Origin: Candidatus Micrarchaeota archaeon
GTDB taxonomy: Archaea; Micrarchaeota; Micrarchaeia; Anstonellales; Bilamarchaeaceae
Assembly: GCA_038046765.1 (NCBI GenBank)
Contig: JBBSVN010000002.1
Location: 1-64,000 of the forward strand
Direction of reading: 5' to 3'
Length of the DNA stretch: 64,000 bases
Within the stretch, counting starts at the first letter, position 1. The number at the start of each line of letters is the position of its first letter. This document shows, one piece after another, positions 38,601-47,926 of the stretch. The notes under the pieces were generated by a model that made no database searches, was not told the DNA's origin, and saw only the letters and a list, made by a program, of their open reading frames with translations. Position numbers and translations under genes: made by a program.

Positions 38601-38825
38601 TATTAATATTAGTAAACTAGGGTATAAATAACGTTCACAAACAGAAATTTTTAACTTCGTAAATAGAACTAGGCCGATGGCACGATGTCCATCGGCAAGG
38701 CGACCAGTTATCCTCCCATGCACTCAAAATGAGCGTAAAATTCAATAATTAAATTCTTTATTAAATTATTTGCGTCTCCCAACACAAATATTTCTATTAG
38801 TATAACAACATCAACTATTTAAAGG

Positions 38826-39365
38826 TTATTGTTTAGTTTTGTTAATTGTCTTACCAAGTGGATTTGGTTCAAGTTTTATTTCTCCTTTAAAATTCTTATC
38901 AAATTCTCTGGTAAGTTCATTGCCTTCTACAATCCTGTCTAGTGTTATTGCTAAAGCAGCAACTTCGCTATGTGGCTGGCTGGTTATCGAAATATTAAAA
39001 TCAGCTAATTCGTAAACTTCACGTTCAACTTTTTCTGCCCCGACTATGACAAGTAGTTTATCTGCATTTTTTATCGCGTTCGTTTTTTCTGGTAAGGGCA
39101 TTCCGTACATCGTTAAGTGAACAATCGCAAACCCATCTTCTTTGTAACGCTTAATCAATTTAAGATATGTCTTCTCGTAAGTAATCGTAAAATTTCCGCC
39201 CCAAGCCTTAACGATCCCAGAAACACTCGTTTCTAAACTCTCATCATGCTGTCCAGAATAGAATATTTCGCTCGCTCCAAATGCTCGGGCGACTAAACAA
39301 ACATGCGTAGTAATTCGCTCATCACGGGGAAGACGGTGGCCTAAACGTAGAATTGAGATTTGCAT
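38826..39365 (-). CDS. trm56: tRNA (cytidine(56)-2'-O)-methyltransferase
   Basis: LRLGHR..RDERITTHV.LVARAFGA, VHLTMYG, GAEKV, QPHSEVAALA. Confidence 0.96.
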   Translation of the reverse strand: MQISILRLGHRLPRDERITTHVCLVARAFGASEIFYSGQHDESLETSVSGIVKAWGGNFTITYEKTYLKLIKRYKEDGFAIVHLTMYGMPLPEKTNAIKNADKLLVIVGAEKVEREVYELADFNISITSQPHSEVAALAITLDRIVEGNELTREFDKNFKGEIKLEPNPLGKTINKTKQ

Positions 39366-39388
39366 AAATAAACTTAGAGAACTAGTAA

Positions 39389-40144
39389 TTATAATCCTTC
39401 ATCAGGAGTCCATTCATATTCAACTCCTGCTTTCCTATAATCTGCATAAGATGGCTTTGCTGGATCTTTCAAATAAATTGCATTTACAAAATGATATTCT
39501 GGTATTCTTCGACCTATATCTAATATGTGTCCTAAGATTGTAGCATATCCCCAAGCTCCTCGTCTTTCTTCTTTTAATAGTTCGTCAACAGTTCGAACAA
39601 GTGTATGTCCTTCGTTTGAAACTTCCTCGCCCTTTGCAAGCGCTTCGCTAACTGCATCAAAAAGGTTTGAATCAATTCGGGAAGTAAAAATACTTGATAG
39701 ATAAGTAAGTGAACCTGTTCGGCCGATCGAAGCGCCTTCAACCGTAACTAGAAAATCAGAATATGCCATCGTACTTTCCAATATTGCATCTCTTAAACTA
39801 AAAATTAAATCTGTTGGAGCATAAACTCTGTCTTTTAGGTAACTTTGGGTATCTGCTTTAACCGTTGTAGCTCCAATGGTAGCACTTATTGACCCACCAA
39901 CCCCCTCCACAATAGGTGTTGCGCTCATTTCCTCATTAATCTCTCTTTTTAAAGTATCAAAAGGCGAAAAATCCGACGTTCGTTTACCATCTGCTTTTTT
40001 ACCTCCTGCATTTCCTCCTTTAAATGCGAAGTTTTTGGCAAAAACTCTAATCGCATACTCGTCATTATATCTAAAGATCATAAATCTTTCTTGTCCTGAT
40101 TTAGGTAAAATTAAAGTTGCTGCTGATTGGTGTCTAACTTTCAT
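39389..40144 (-). CDS. Divergent Nudix-like hydrolase
   Basis: FKGG...SPFDTLKREINEE Nudix-like box. Confidence 0.55.
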   Translation of the reverse strand: MKVRHQSAATLILPKSGQERFMIFRYNDEYAIRVFAKNFAFKGGNAGGKKADGKRTSDFSPFDTLKREINEEMSATPIVEGVGGSISATIGATTVKADTQSYLKDRVYAPTDLIFSLRDAILESTMAYSDFLVTVEGASIGRTGSLTYLSSIFTSRIDSNLFDAVSEALAKGEEVSNEGHTLVRTVDELLKEERRGAWGYATILGHILDIGRRIPEYHFVNAIYLKDPAKPSYADYRKAGVEYEWTPDEGL

Positions 40145-40249
40145 ACATTCATAATGTCAAAAACAGTTTATAAATATGGTGGTTTAAAGTAATTGATAGC
40201 GTACTTATAACCCCAAGCCTTTTAAATCAAACATTCCCGTTCTATATAT

Positions 40250-41104
40250 ATGTTATTAGACGGTATCCTTTTTTCAAGTACAAAGCTTAATGGCGAAGAA
40301 ATCAGAATCTTTATTTCATTCTTAGGTCTACTTGCAACAACTTACTATGATTTATTTAACAATAAAAATGTTCCAAACAAACTGCTTTATGCTTTTTTAG
40401 GCTTAGCAATTTTAACAAACATTCTTTTCTTTAATCAAGAATTGGTTGTTTTTGCATTAGTTCAAACCTTATTTTTTGGTGGTTTCTTTTATTTAATGTA
40501 CCGCCAAGGCCAGATGGGAGGAGCAGACGTTTTTGCATTAGTTTCTTTAATCCTGTTGCTTCCAATCCACCCTTCAATTACAAACATGACTTTAAATTAT
40601 CCTCTAGTAGTTTCACTCCTTGTATTTTCAGGGGTTCTTTTTGCGTTATATGCAATTATTTTTCTATTTTCTAAAGTTATAAAACTAAAAGGAACAAAAC
40701 CCAATCTGTTCGCGATCTTATATCTGATTCCTTACACTGCATTTGCTTATTTCTACCTAAATTCATTTCTTTTCTCACAATTATATTTCATCATAATTAG
40801 CGTGCTAGTTTTAGCTAGTACATTCTTTTTAATGTATAAAAAAGATATTACTAAAGCGCTAAGCGAAAAAATTAAATTATCAAAAGTTGAAGAAGAGGAC
40901 GTTGTTGTGTTAGAACCATACACCAAAGAAGAACTAGAAAAGTATAAATTACCTAGAGTTATTAGTTATACTGAATTAGATCGACTTAAAAAGTTGGGAC
41001 TAAATGAACTTTATATCTATACTAAGCTCCCACCTTTTCTACCATTTCTCTTGGTTGGTCTTCTATTGTCCATGCTATTTGCAAATAATTTGATTATGAT
41101 ATAA
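40250..41104 (+). CDS. A24 family prepilin/prearchaellin peptidase
   Basis: YYDL, MGGAD, C-terminal PFLPFL. Confidence 0.88.
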   Translation: MLLDGILFSSTKLNGEEIRIFISFLGLLATTYYDLFNNKNVPNKLLYAFLGLAILTNILFFNQELVVFALVQTLFFGGFFYLMYRQGQMGGADVFALVSLILLLPIHPSITNMTLNYPLVVSLLVFSGVLFALYAIIFLFSKVIKLKGTKPNLFAILYLIPYTAFAYFYLNSFLFSQLYFIIISVLVLASTFFLMYKKDITKALSEKIKLSKVEEEDVVVLEPYTKEELEKYKLPRVISYTELDRLKKLGLNELYIYTKLPPFLPFLLVGLLLSMLFANNLIMI

Positions 41105-41132
41105 ATTAATATGAGTACAATTGTGGATCATT

Positions 41133-42329
41133 ATGGTTAGTTTTTCAAATGCAATTGAATACCTCCTTACATTCTTTTTCTTGTATGCTACAGTGTTTTT
41201 TATGCTAATTGCAATAAAACATAGAAATGAACTAGAAAAAAAACCTGCCTTAGGTAAAAATCGGCCATATATCTCAATAATTATTCCGGCATACAATGAA
41301 GAAAAATCTATAAAAGATTGTATTATCACACTTCTAAAATCAAATTATCCAAAGGATAAATTAGAAGTAATTGTAGTTGATGATGGCTCAACTGATAAAA
41401 CTTATCAAAAGGCAAAAGAGATCAATGACTCTCGGTTAAAAGTTCTAACTAAACCAAATAGTGGAAAAGCTGCAAGTATTAATTTTGGAATTGACAAGTC
41501 ACGCGGGGAAATAATTGCTACTCTTGATGCTGATTCTTACGTTACTCCTGATGCCATAATAAACATGATTCCTTATTTTGATGAAGATAATGTTGCAGCC
41601 GTAACTGCAGCAGTTAAAGTAAAACAAAAAGATCAAACTAATCTTCTAAGGGATATGCAACGACTTGAATATTTGTTTATCATATTCACAAGAAAAATAT
41701 TAAATTTTGTAGATGCGGTTCCTGTTACTCCTGGTCCATTAAGTATGTTCAAAAGGGAGATTTTTGATAAAATTGGCAAATTTGATGAGAAAAATATAAT
41801 GGAAGATCAGGAAATTGCACTAAGAATACAAAGTCATAACTATAAAATAAAAAGTTCAATGGATGCCGAAGTTTATACTGATGTCCCAGAAAATTTTTCA
41901 GAACTATTAAAACAAAGAGTAAGGTGGCACAGGGGAGGTCTTAGGAATAACATCAAATACATGTATATGATTTCGCCCTTATATGGGGACTTTGGTCTTA
42001 TGATGATGCCTATGACCTTTATTGCAATAATTGCATTAGTCGGAGTCTTCCTTATTTCTTTCTTATATTATACTTCCAGTTCATTCTATTATTTCCAAAA
42101 ACTCGGTGTAGATGGATTTCTATTATCTTTATCTCCATTACACTTTATTGCAGGAGTACTTTTTATAATTAATCTCTCCTGGATTATTTGGGGGCTTATG
42201 ATATTCAAAAAAGAGAAAATAAGCATTGCTCAGGTTTTTATATATATGATTGCTTACTTTTATCTTGTTACGATCTACTGGGCAGTTGCCTTGTATAAAG
42301 AATTAAGGGCTCAAAAGCTCACATGGTGA
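41133..42329 (+). CDS. GT2 processive-type glycosyltransferase
   Basis: IPAYNEE, DDGSTD, GKA, DAD, ED, QRVRW. Confidence 0.93.
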   Translation: MVSFSNAIEYLLTFFFLYATVFFMLIAIKHRNELEKKPALGKNRPYISIIIPAYNEEKSIKDCIITLLKSNYPKDKLEVIVVDDGSTDKTYQKAKEINDSRLKVLTKPNSGKAASINFGIDKSRGEIIATLDADSYVTPDAIINMIPYFDEDNVAAVTAAVKVKQKDQTNLLRDMQRLEYLFIIFTRKILNFVDAVPVTPGPLSMFKREIFDKIGKFDEKNIMEDQEIALRIQSHNYKIKSSMDAEVYTDVPENFSELLKQRVRWHRGGLRNNIKYMYMISPLYGDFGLMMMPMTFIAIIALVGVFLISFLYYTSSSFYYFQKLGVDGFLLSLSPLHFIAGVLFIINLSWIIWGLMIFKKEKISIAQVFIYMIAYFYLVTIYWAVALYKELRAQKLTW

Positions 42330-42336
42330 AATAAAA

Positions 42337-42984
42337 ATGATTGAAAGAAAAATAAATTTACCGCTTTATGTGCTGGCGTTTGTCATAACTATAATTATTT
42401 TTGGTATTGGTGTTTATTTTGGTTCAGTAATTGATAATTCAAATAATCAGAACATAAAAAATGATGTGTCTGACCTATCAAACAAGATATATGCCACTCA
42501 AATGTTACTTTTAAGCGATGATAAGGAAATTGCATGCGTTGCACTTAAAGAACAATTAAATAGTTTTGATTCACAAATTAATGATGTTGGTCAAAAACTC
42601 TCTTACCTTGAAAATTCCAGATCGGCCGTTGATAATGAGCTAAAAAAGCAATATTTCATTCTCGAAACTAATTCCTATTTGTTATCAAAAAAACAAAACT
42701 CCAATTGCAACTTTACTAATTCCAAAAAAGATGTTTTGATACTTTATTTCTATTCAAATAAAAACTGCGAAAACTGTGTAAAGCAAGGAGTTGAGTTAAC
42801 TGAAGCAAGGACTTCTTTTAATGGTACTAGGACATACTCCTTTGATGGTGATTTAAATAGTCCAGTTGCTGATGCATTAAAAAATAAATATAATGTAACA
42901 AGTTATCCGACAATAGTAATTAACGACCGGGTGTTATCAGGTTACTACTCAAAAGATCAGCTGATATCTGAGTTTAAAAAGTAA
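42337..42984 (+). CDS. Membrane-anchored thioredoxin-fold protein
   Basis: TM, coiled coil, CENC, YPTIVIN. Confidence 0.8.
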   Translation: MIERKINLPLYVLAFVITIIIFGIGVYFGSVIDNSNNQNIKNDVSDLSNKIYATQMLLLSDDKEIACVALKEQLNSFDSQINDVGQKLSYLENSRSAVDNELKKQYFILETNSYLLSKKQNSNCNFTNSKKDVLILYFYSNKNCENCVKQGVELTEARTSFNGTRTYSFDGDLNSPVADALKNKYNVTSYPTIVINDRVLSGYYSKDQLISEFKK

Positions 42985-43024
42985 AACTTTTAATATAAGG
43001 TACGTTACTAAATTTTGCATAAAG

Positions 43025-43591
43025 GTGATTATTTTGGTATTTATGATTGTTTTAATTTGTCTCGGAGGCGCAATATTATTAGCGGGTTTATTCGCAATTT
43101 TAACTTTCAATAATTTAATTAGCCTCAAAAATCGTGTTGATAATGCATGGTCTCAGATCGATGTTCAGTTAAAAAGAAGATATGACCTGATACCTAACTT
43201 AATTGAAACAGTTAAAGGATATGCAAAACACGAGAAGGAAACTTTATCTGACATAACAAAATATCGTGCACAACTTGTTACTGGAACTACTGAACAAAAG
43301 GCACAGGCTAACAACATGTTAACTGGGGCATTAAAATCCTTATTCGCAGTAGCTGAAAACTACCCTCAACTTAAGGCCAATGAAAATTTTAAAATGCTTC
43401 AAGAAGAATTAGCCGGAACTGAAAATAAAATTGCATATGTTAGGACAGCTTACAATGATAATGTTCTATCATATAATAATGCGATTCAGATGTTTCCAAA
43501 CAGTATCTTTGCGAATATGTTTAACTTTGTACAAAAGACTTATTTCGAAGCACCTGCTGCAGAAAGGGAAAACATAAAGGTAAAGTTTTAG
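43025..43591 (+). CDS. lemA: LemA family protein
   Basis: QLKRRYDLIPNL, AVAENYPQLKA, ENKIAY.R..YN. Confidence 0.95.
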   Translation: MIILVFMIVLICLGGAILLAGLFAILTFNNLISLKNRVDNAWSQIDVQLKRRYDLIPNLIETVKGYAKHEKETLSDITKYRAQLVTGTTEQKAQANNMLTGALKSLFAVAENYPQLKANENFKMLQEELAGTENKIAYVRTAYNDNVLSYNNAIQMFPNSIFANMFNFVQKTYFEAPAAERENIKVKF

Positions 43592-43623
43592 CTTGTAGCT
43601 TTTAGCATGTAGCTGGTAGCAAT
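43589..43623. repeat. Heptamer tandem array (TAGCNNN x5)
   Basis: TAGCTTG TAGCTTT TAGCATG TAGCTGG TAGCAAT, spanning the lemA stop to the htpX start. Confidence 0.85.
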
Positions 43624-44515
43624 GACTTACGATAAAATCAGTTTCTTTGACGCTGCTGCAGCTAATAAAACAAAATCAGTTGTTCTTTTAGTTTTTTTAT
43701 TTTTATTTTATCTAGTCGTACTATTCGTTTTTTCTTATGTCTTTGAGCTAGGTGTGCTCGGCTTCATTTTGGGTGTTTTTTCTTTATTTTTCTATGCACT
43801 AATTACTTATTATGCGGGAGATCAAATTCTTCTATCATTAAGTGGCGCTAAAAAAATTGAACAAAAAGATTTTCCATATATATTCAATACTGTTGAAGGT
43901 TTGGCATTGGCTGCACAAATTTCAACTCCTCAAATTTATTTGATTAGTGATGATTCGCCAAATGCATTTGCAACTGGAAGAGACCCCGCACATTCTGCTT
44001 TGGCTATGACAACCGGATTGCTTCAGCTCCTAAATAGGGAAGAAATCGAAGGAGTAATTGCACATGAGATGTCTCACATTGCCAACTTCGATATTCGAAT
44101 GACTATGATCGCAACTGTTTTTGGAGCTTCTATTGCGCTTTTAAGCGGTATCGCTACAAGAATGCTCTGGTTTGGCGGAGGAAGGCGGGATCGAGACCGG
44201 GGTAGTGGCGGGTTAGCTCTGCTCGGTATACTATTCCTTATTCTAGCCCCCATATTTGCTCAACTAGCTCAATTAGCCCTTTCAAGACAAAGAGAATATC
44301 TCGCTGATACTACTGGTGCTAGGATGATTAGAAACCCAAATGCTTTAGCTAATGCATTAGAAAAGATTGGTAAATCCAATGTTCCTCTTGAGAACGTTAC
44401 TGATGCTACGGCTGGTTTATATTTTGCACTTCCTAAGGCAAATGGTTTTTTCCAGTTATTTGCTACGCATCCCCCAATTGAAGAACGGATTAAACGATTA
44501 AGGGGAATGTACTAG
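43622..44515 (+). CDS. htpX: Zinc metalloprotease HtpX (M48)
   Basis: PNAFATG, AHEMSH, SRQREYLAD, THPPIEERI. Confidence 0.95.
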   Translation: MTYDKISFFDAAAANKTKSVVLLVFLFLFYLVVLFVFSYVFELGVLGFILGVFSLFFYALITYYAGDQILLSLSGAKKIEQKDFPYIFNTVEGLALAAQISTPQIYLISDDSPNAFATGRDPAHSALAMTTGLLQLLNREEIEGVIAHEMSHIANFDIRMTMIATVFGASIALLSGIATRMLWFGGGRRDRDRGSGGLALLGILFLILAPIFAQLAQLALSRQREYLADTTGARMIRNPNALANALEKIGKSNVPLENVTDATAGLYFALPKANGFFQLFATHPPIEERIKRLRGMY

Positions 44516-44538
44516 TTATTGGCAATGAGCTGTGCGCA

Positions 44539-45072
44539 ATGAGCATTGAGCAAGTTTATGTCGTAAATGAAAAAGATGAAATCCTATATAAGCTACCTAG
44601 ATCAGAAGTCAACCAAAAAAATCTTATCACACGTGCAACAATCGTTCTTGTTTTTAATTCTAAAAAAGAAATTCTAATTACCAAACGCTCGAAAAACAAA
44701 AGATCGAATCCCAATTTATGGGAAATCGGACAAGGAGGCGTAGTAACTGCTGGAGAAACTTATGAACAGAATTCTATTCGAGAATTATTTGAAGAAACTG
44801 GTTTAAAAAGAAACGAAAGCGAATTAGTCTATTTGTTTGACTACAAATTCAGTTCAAACACTATGAGATACAATTCAAAAGTTTTTTCCTGTAAAATGAA
44901 TATTACTGAAAACATTTTTCTGCAAAAATCTGAAATAGAAAAAGGCGAATTTATTTCTTATGAAAAATTAAAAGAAAAAGTAGGGTTAACCCCGGAGTTA
45001 TTTACTCCGGACAGTTTAGAATTTATTAAAATTTATACTAGCTTTATTTCTTCTTCTTATCAAGCGGTGTAA
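44539..45072 (+). CDS. Nudix hydrolase (IDI/YfcD-like)
   Basis: GGVVTAGETYEQNSIRELFEETG. Confidence 0.9.
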   Translation: MSIEQVYVVNEKDEILYKLPRSEVNQKNLITRATIVLVFNSKKEILITKRSKNKRSNPNLWEIGQGGVVTAGETYEQNSIRELFEETGLKRNESELVYLFDYKFSSNTMRYNSKVFSCKMNITENIFLQKSEIEKGEFISYEKLKEKVGLTPELFTPDSLEFIKIYTSFISSSYQAV

Positions 45073-45919
45073 TTCCAGCTGCATCTGAAATTATAACTGA
45101 AACATCGGTGCCTTCTGGAATTACGTACTTTGTGTTTTGTGAAAGTGCCCGTTCTGCTACCTCAAGTTTCTTTAAAACCTGTGCATCTCCCTTGAAATAC
45201 TTTTGAGCTGACTCATTAACAATTCTAATTGCTTCTGCTTCTGCCTGAGCTCTTAATTCAACTGCCTTAGCTTGTCCTTCTGCTTCTTTAATTGATGCTC
45301 GCTTTGCACCATCTGCCTGTGTTTCAACCGCAGTAGCCAAATCAACTGCAGCTACTTTTTCATTTTTAGCCTTTACAACATTATTCATTGCTTGTTGAAC
45401 ATCTGCTGGCGGATCAATTCTTTGAAGTTCAACTCTAATAACATCGATCCCCCAAAGATTAGTTTCTTTGTCAAGTTGCTGCTCAAGCGCTTCGTTAATT
45501 TTTTGTCTGTTTTCATTAGCTTCTGATAATGTTAACGTGCCCATAATTGCACGTAAAGTTGTCTGGGCTAATGATGGTATTGCTGTTCTAAAATTATCGA
45601 TGTTATAAAGCGCTTTCACAACGTCATTTATTCGGTAATATACAATTGCGTCTACTTCTGTATTTAAGTTATCCTTTGTAATTACTGTTTGTTTTTCAAC
45701 ATCAAATCTGTTTTCAGTAGTCGGAACCAAAATAATTCTTTCAATAAATGGTATTATTATAACTAATCCTGGTTCAGAAACTCTGTTAAATTTACCAAAA
45801 TTTTCAATTATCGCCTTTTCAACTGGTCTTACAATTCTTATGCTTGAAAAAGCAAAAAATAATGCAACTAACAAAACTATAAAAAGCCAGAATCCATCTA
45901 TAAATAATATTTCGTACAT
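45044..45919 (-). CDS. SPFH/band-7 (stomatin-like) protein
   Basis: ITKDN, QTTLRAI, WGIDVIRVELQRIDPP, AEGQAKA. Confidence 0.93.
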   Translation of the reverse strand: MYEILFIDGFWLFIVLLVALFFAFSSIRIVRPVEKAIIENFGKFNRVSEPGLVIIIPFIERIILVPTTENRFDVEKQTVITKDNLNTEVDAIVYYRINDVVKALYNIDNFRTAIPSLAQTTLRAIMGTLTLSEANENRQKINEALEQQLDKETNLWGIDVIRVELQRIDPPADVQQAMNNVVKAKNEKVAAVDLATAVETQADGAKRASIKEAEGQAKAVELRAQAEAEAIRIVNESAQKYFKGDAQVLKKLEVAERALSQNTKYVIPEGTDVSVIISDAAGITPLDKKKK

Positions 45920-46159
45920 AATATTATTTACATCCGATCGTTTTAAAATATGTCCACTAAAATAAGTGTAATTCAATATTTCAGTAAATCTCAAAGTAAA
46001 TTCTGGCATGAGAAGGTCAAACACCTGCCGACATCGCCATCAGTATTTTTTAGTGCGATGTCTTACGGGTATAATCTATGAGCGATCTCTCACCACTTTG
46101 TTGGGGAGAATGTTAGGGATTATCGTATTACGTAAAACCGTCATCTTTATAACTATTAA

Positions 46160-46585
46160 ATGGGTATGTTTACTATGAATCAAACAGATTATGATCAACA
46201 ATTGGATAGTATTTACAAAAATCTCCCTGAAAAACTTACAAAAGGAGAACGGTTTGAACCACCTAAACTTGAATTTTTTACAGAAGGTAATAAAACTATT
46301 GTAAAAAATTTCTTTGTAATCTGCGATAAGTTAAGGCGAACCAAAGAGATGGTTTCAAAGTATTTTTCAAAAGAGCTTGCAGTTCCAGTTACTATCGAAG
46401 GTGACAGGCTTATTTTACAAAGAAAACTTATGTACGATACTTTAAATCGAAAGCTTGAAGAGTATATAACTAAATATGTCGTATGTAAAGAATGTAAAAG
46501 ACCCGACACTAACGTTGTTGAATTAGGTCATGGCTTACGCAAACTCGTTTGTGAAGCGTGCGGAGCAAGTACTCCGATAAATTAA
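46160..46585 (+). CDS. eif2b: Translation initiation factor aIF2 beta subunit
   Basis: ERFEPP, GNKT, CKECKRPDT, CEACGA. Confidence 0.95.
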   Translation: MGMFTMNQTDYDQQLDSIYKNLPEKLTKGERFEPPKLEFFTEGNKTIVKNFFVICDKLRRTKEMVSKYFSKELAVPVTIEGDRLILQRKLMYDTLNRKLEEYITKYVVCKECKRPDTNVVELGHGLRKLVCEACGASTPIN

Positions 46586-46607
46586 ATATATTAATTGAGG
46601 TCGTTTA

Positions 46608-46901
46608 ATGGAAGTACCAACTAGTGAACCTATAAGAATTAGAATGCCGCGTGAAAAAGATCGCGAAGTTTTAGGGGTTGTTATAGGTGTAATGGGCGGA
46701 AGCCGGATGCGTGTCGCCTGTAAAGATCAAAAAGAAAGAATGTGCCGGATACCTGGAAAATTAAAAAATACAATTTGGGTAAAAGATGGAGATGTAGTAA
46801 TAATTAAACCTTGGGAAATTCAAGGAGACATTAAAGGAGATATCGTTTGGAGATATAACCCTCACCAGGCAAGGATGTTAAAAGAGAAAGGGATGGTTTA
46901 G
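46608..46901 (+). CDS. eif1a: Translation initiation factor aIF1A
   Basis: RIPGKLKNTIWVKDGD, PWEIQ, DIVWRY. Confidence 0.96.
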   Translation: MEVPTSEPIRIRMPREKDREVLGVVIGVMGGSRMRVACKDQKERMCRIPGKLKNTIWVKDGDVVIIKPWEIQGDIKGDIVWRYNPHQARMLKEKGMV

Positions 46902-46918
46902 CTTTTAGGTGTAGGTTA

Positions 46919-47653
46919 ATGAAACCATCTAAGCGCCCATCAAAGGAAGATTTTGTTTTAACTGAAAGAGAAAAAGTTGAAAATGAGGTTTTTGACAAAG
47001 AAACTCTTAAGGTTTTATCTCGTATTATAAAAAAAGGGTTAGTAAGTTCAGTTGATTATCCTATTTCTACTGGTAAGGAAGCTAATGTTTTTCGAGCAAC
47101 AACCCCCTCGGGGGAATTTATAATTGTCAAGGTTTACAAAATCGATACCAGTCCTTTTTTTAGAAGAGAAGAATACCTTACTGGAGATCCAAGATTTGCT
47201 AAAATAAAACACAATAATAAGGACATTGTATTTACGTTTGCTAAAAAAGAATTCAAAAATCTGCAAATCTGTGAGAATGCGGGAGTAAATGCACCTCGGC
47301 CAATCTATATGGAAAAGAATGTCCTTCTAATGAGTTTTCTTGGTGTTGATGGGTTACCATACCCGACATTAAATCAGGTGGGGCCAAGAAGTGAAAAAGA
47401 TCTAGAAAGCGTACTTAAAGATATTAAAAAAATGTATTGCGCTGGTTTAGTTCACACCGACTTAAGCGAGTATAATCTTCTTTTGGGTGATTTTCCCTAT
47501 CTAATAGATTTTGGTCAAGGGGTTATTACAAGTACTCCTAATGCAGATAAATTCCTTCAAAGAGATGTTTTAAATGTTTTAAACTATTTTAGAAAAGCAG
47601 GTTATATAAGAGATTTTGAAAAAACTTTGGCGTTTATCAAAAATAAAAAGTAA
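46919..47653 (+). CDS. rio1: Serine/threonine kinase Rio1
   Basis: STGKEANVF, LVHTDLSEYN, IDFGQ; aIF1A-rio1 synteny. Confidence 0.95.
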   Translation: MKPSKRPSKEDFVLTEREKVENEVFDKETLKVLSRIIKKGLVSSVDYPISTGKEANVFRATTPSGEFIIVKVYKIDTSPFFRREEYLTGDPRFAKIKHNNKDIVFTFAKKEFKNLQICENAGVNAPRPIYMEKNVLLMSFLGVDGLPYPTLNQVGPRSEKDLESVLKDIKKMYCAGLVHTDLSEYNLLLGDFPYLIDFGQGVITSTPNADKFLQRDVLNVLNYFRKAGYIRDFEKTLAFIKNKK

Positions 47654-47926
47654 ACGCTTAAAAATCTACCCGCTAACGACGAAAAACATACGTTTATTTT
47701 ACTCCAAATTTGTTTTAGATATTTTTTAAACTGCTATAAAGTAAAATTCGTTCGTCGTGAAATTTTTTTAGTTTGCGAAAAAGTATGAAAATAAATATTT
47801 TTAATGGCGTAGCTGCGAATTTTTCATTTTGTTGGTCGCAACGATTTATGAGCTATCGAACGAACCGCCGTTCTGTGAGTCAGGGAAAAATCTTTTGCGC
47901 TTACAATAAAAAATAGTGTATTACTT

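Noticed and set aside
38601..38723. N-terminal extension of the YbaK ORF, and SRP RNA (CTAGGCCG resemblance)
   Set aside because: The extension runs through a non-coding hairpin; the element is too short for SRP RNA and lacks the helix-8 motif
45920..46144. 5S rRNA, another intron-split tRNA, or an extended SPFH N-terminus
   Set aside because: No 5S loop C motif, no acceptor stem or T-arm could be assembled, and the SPFH gene has a better ATG at 45919
47665..47900. Integron attC site
   Set aside because: A GCTAAC-like box is present, but there is no matching GTTRRRY closing the same hairpin, no cassette array and no integrase
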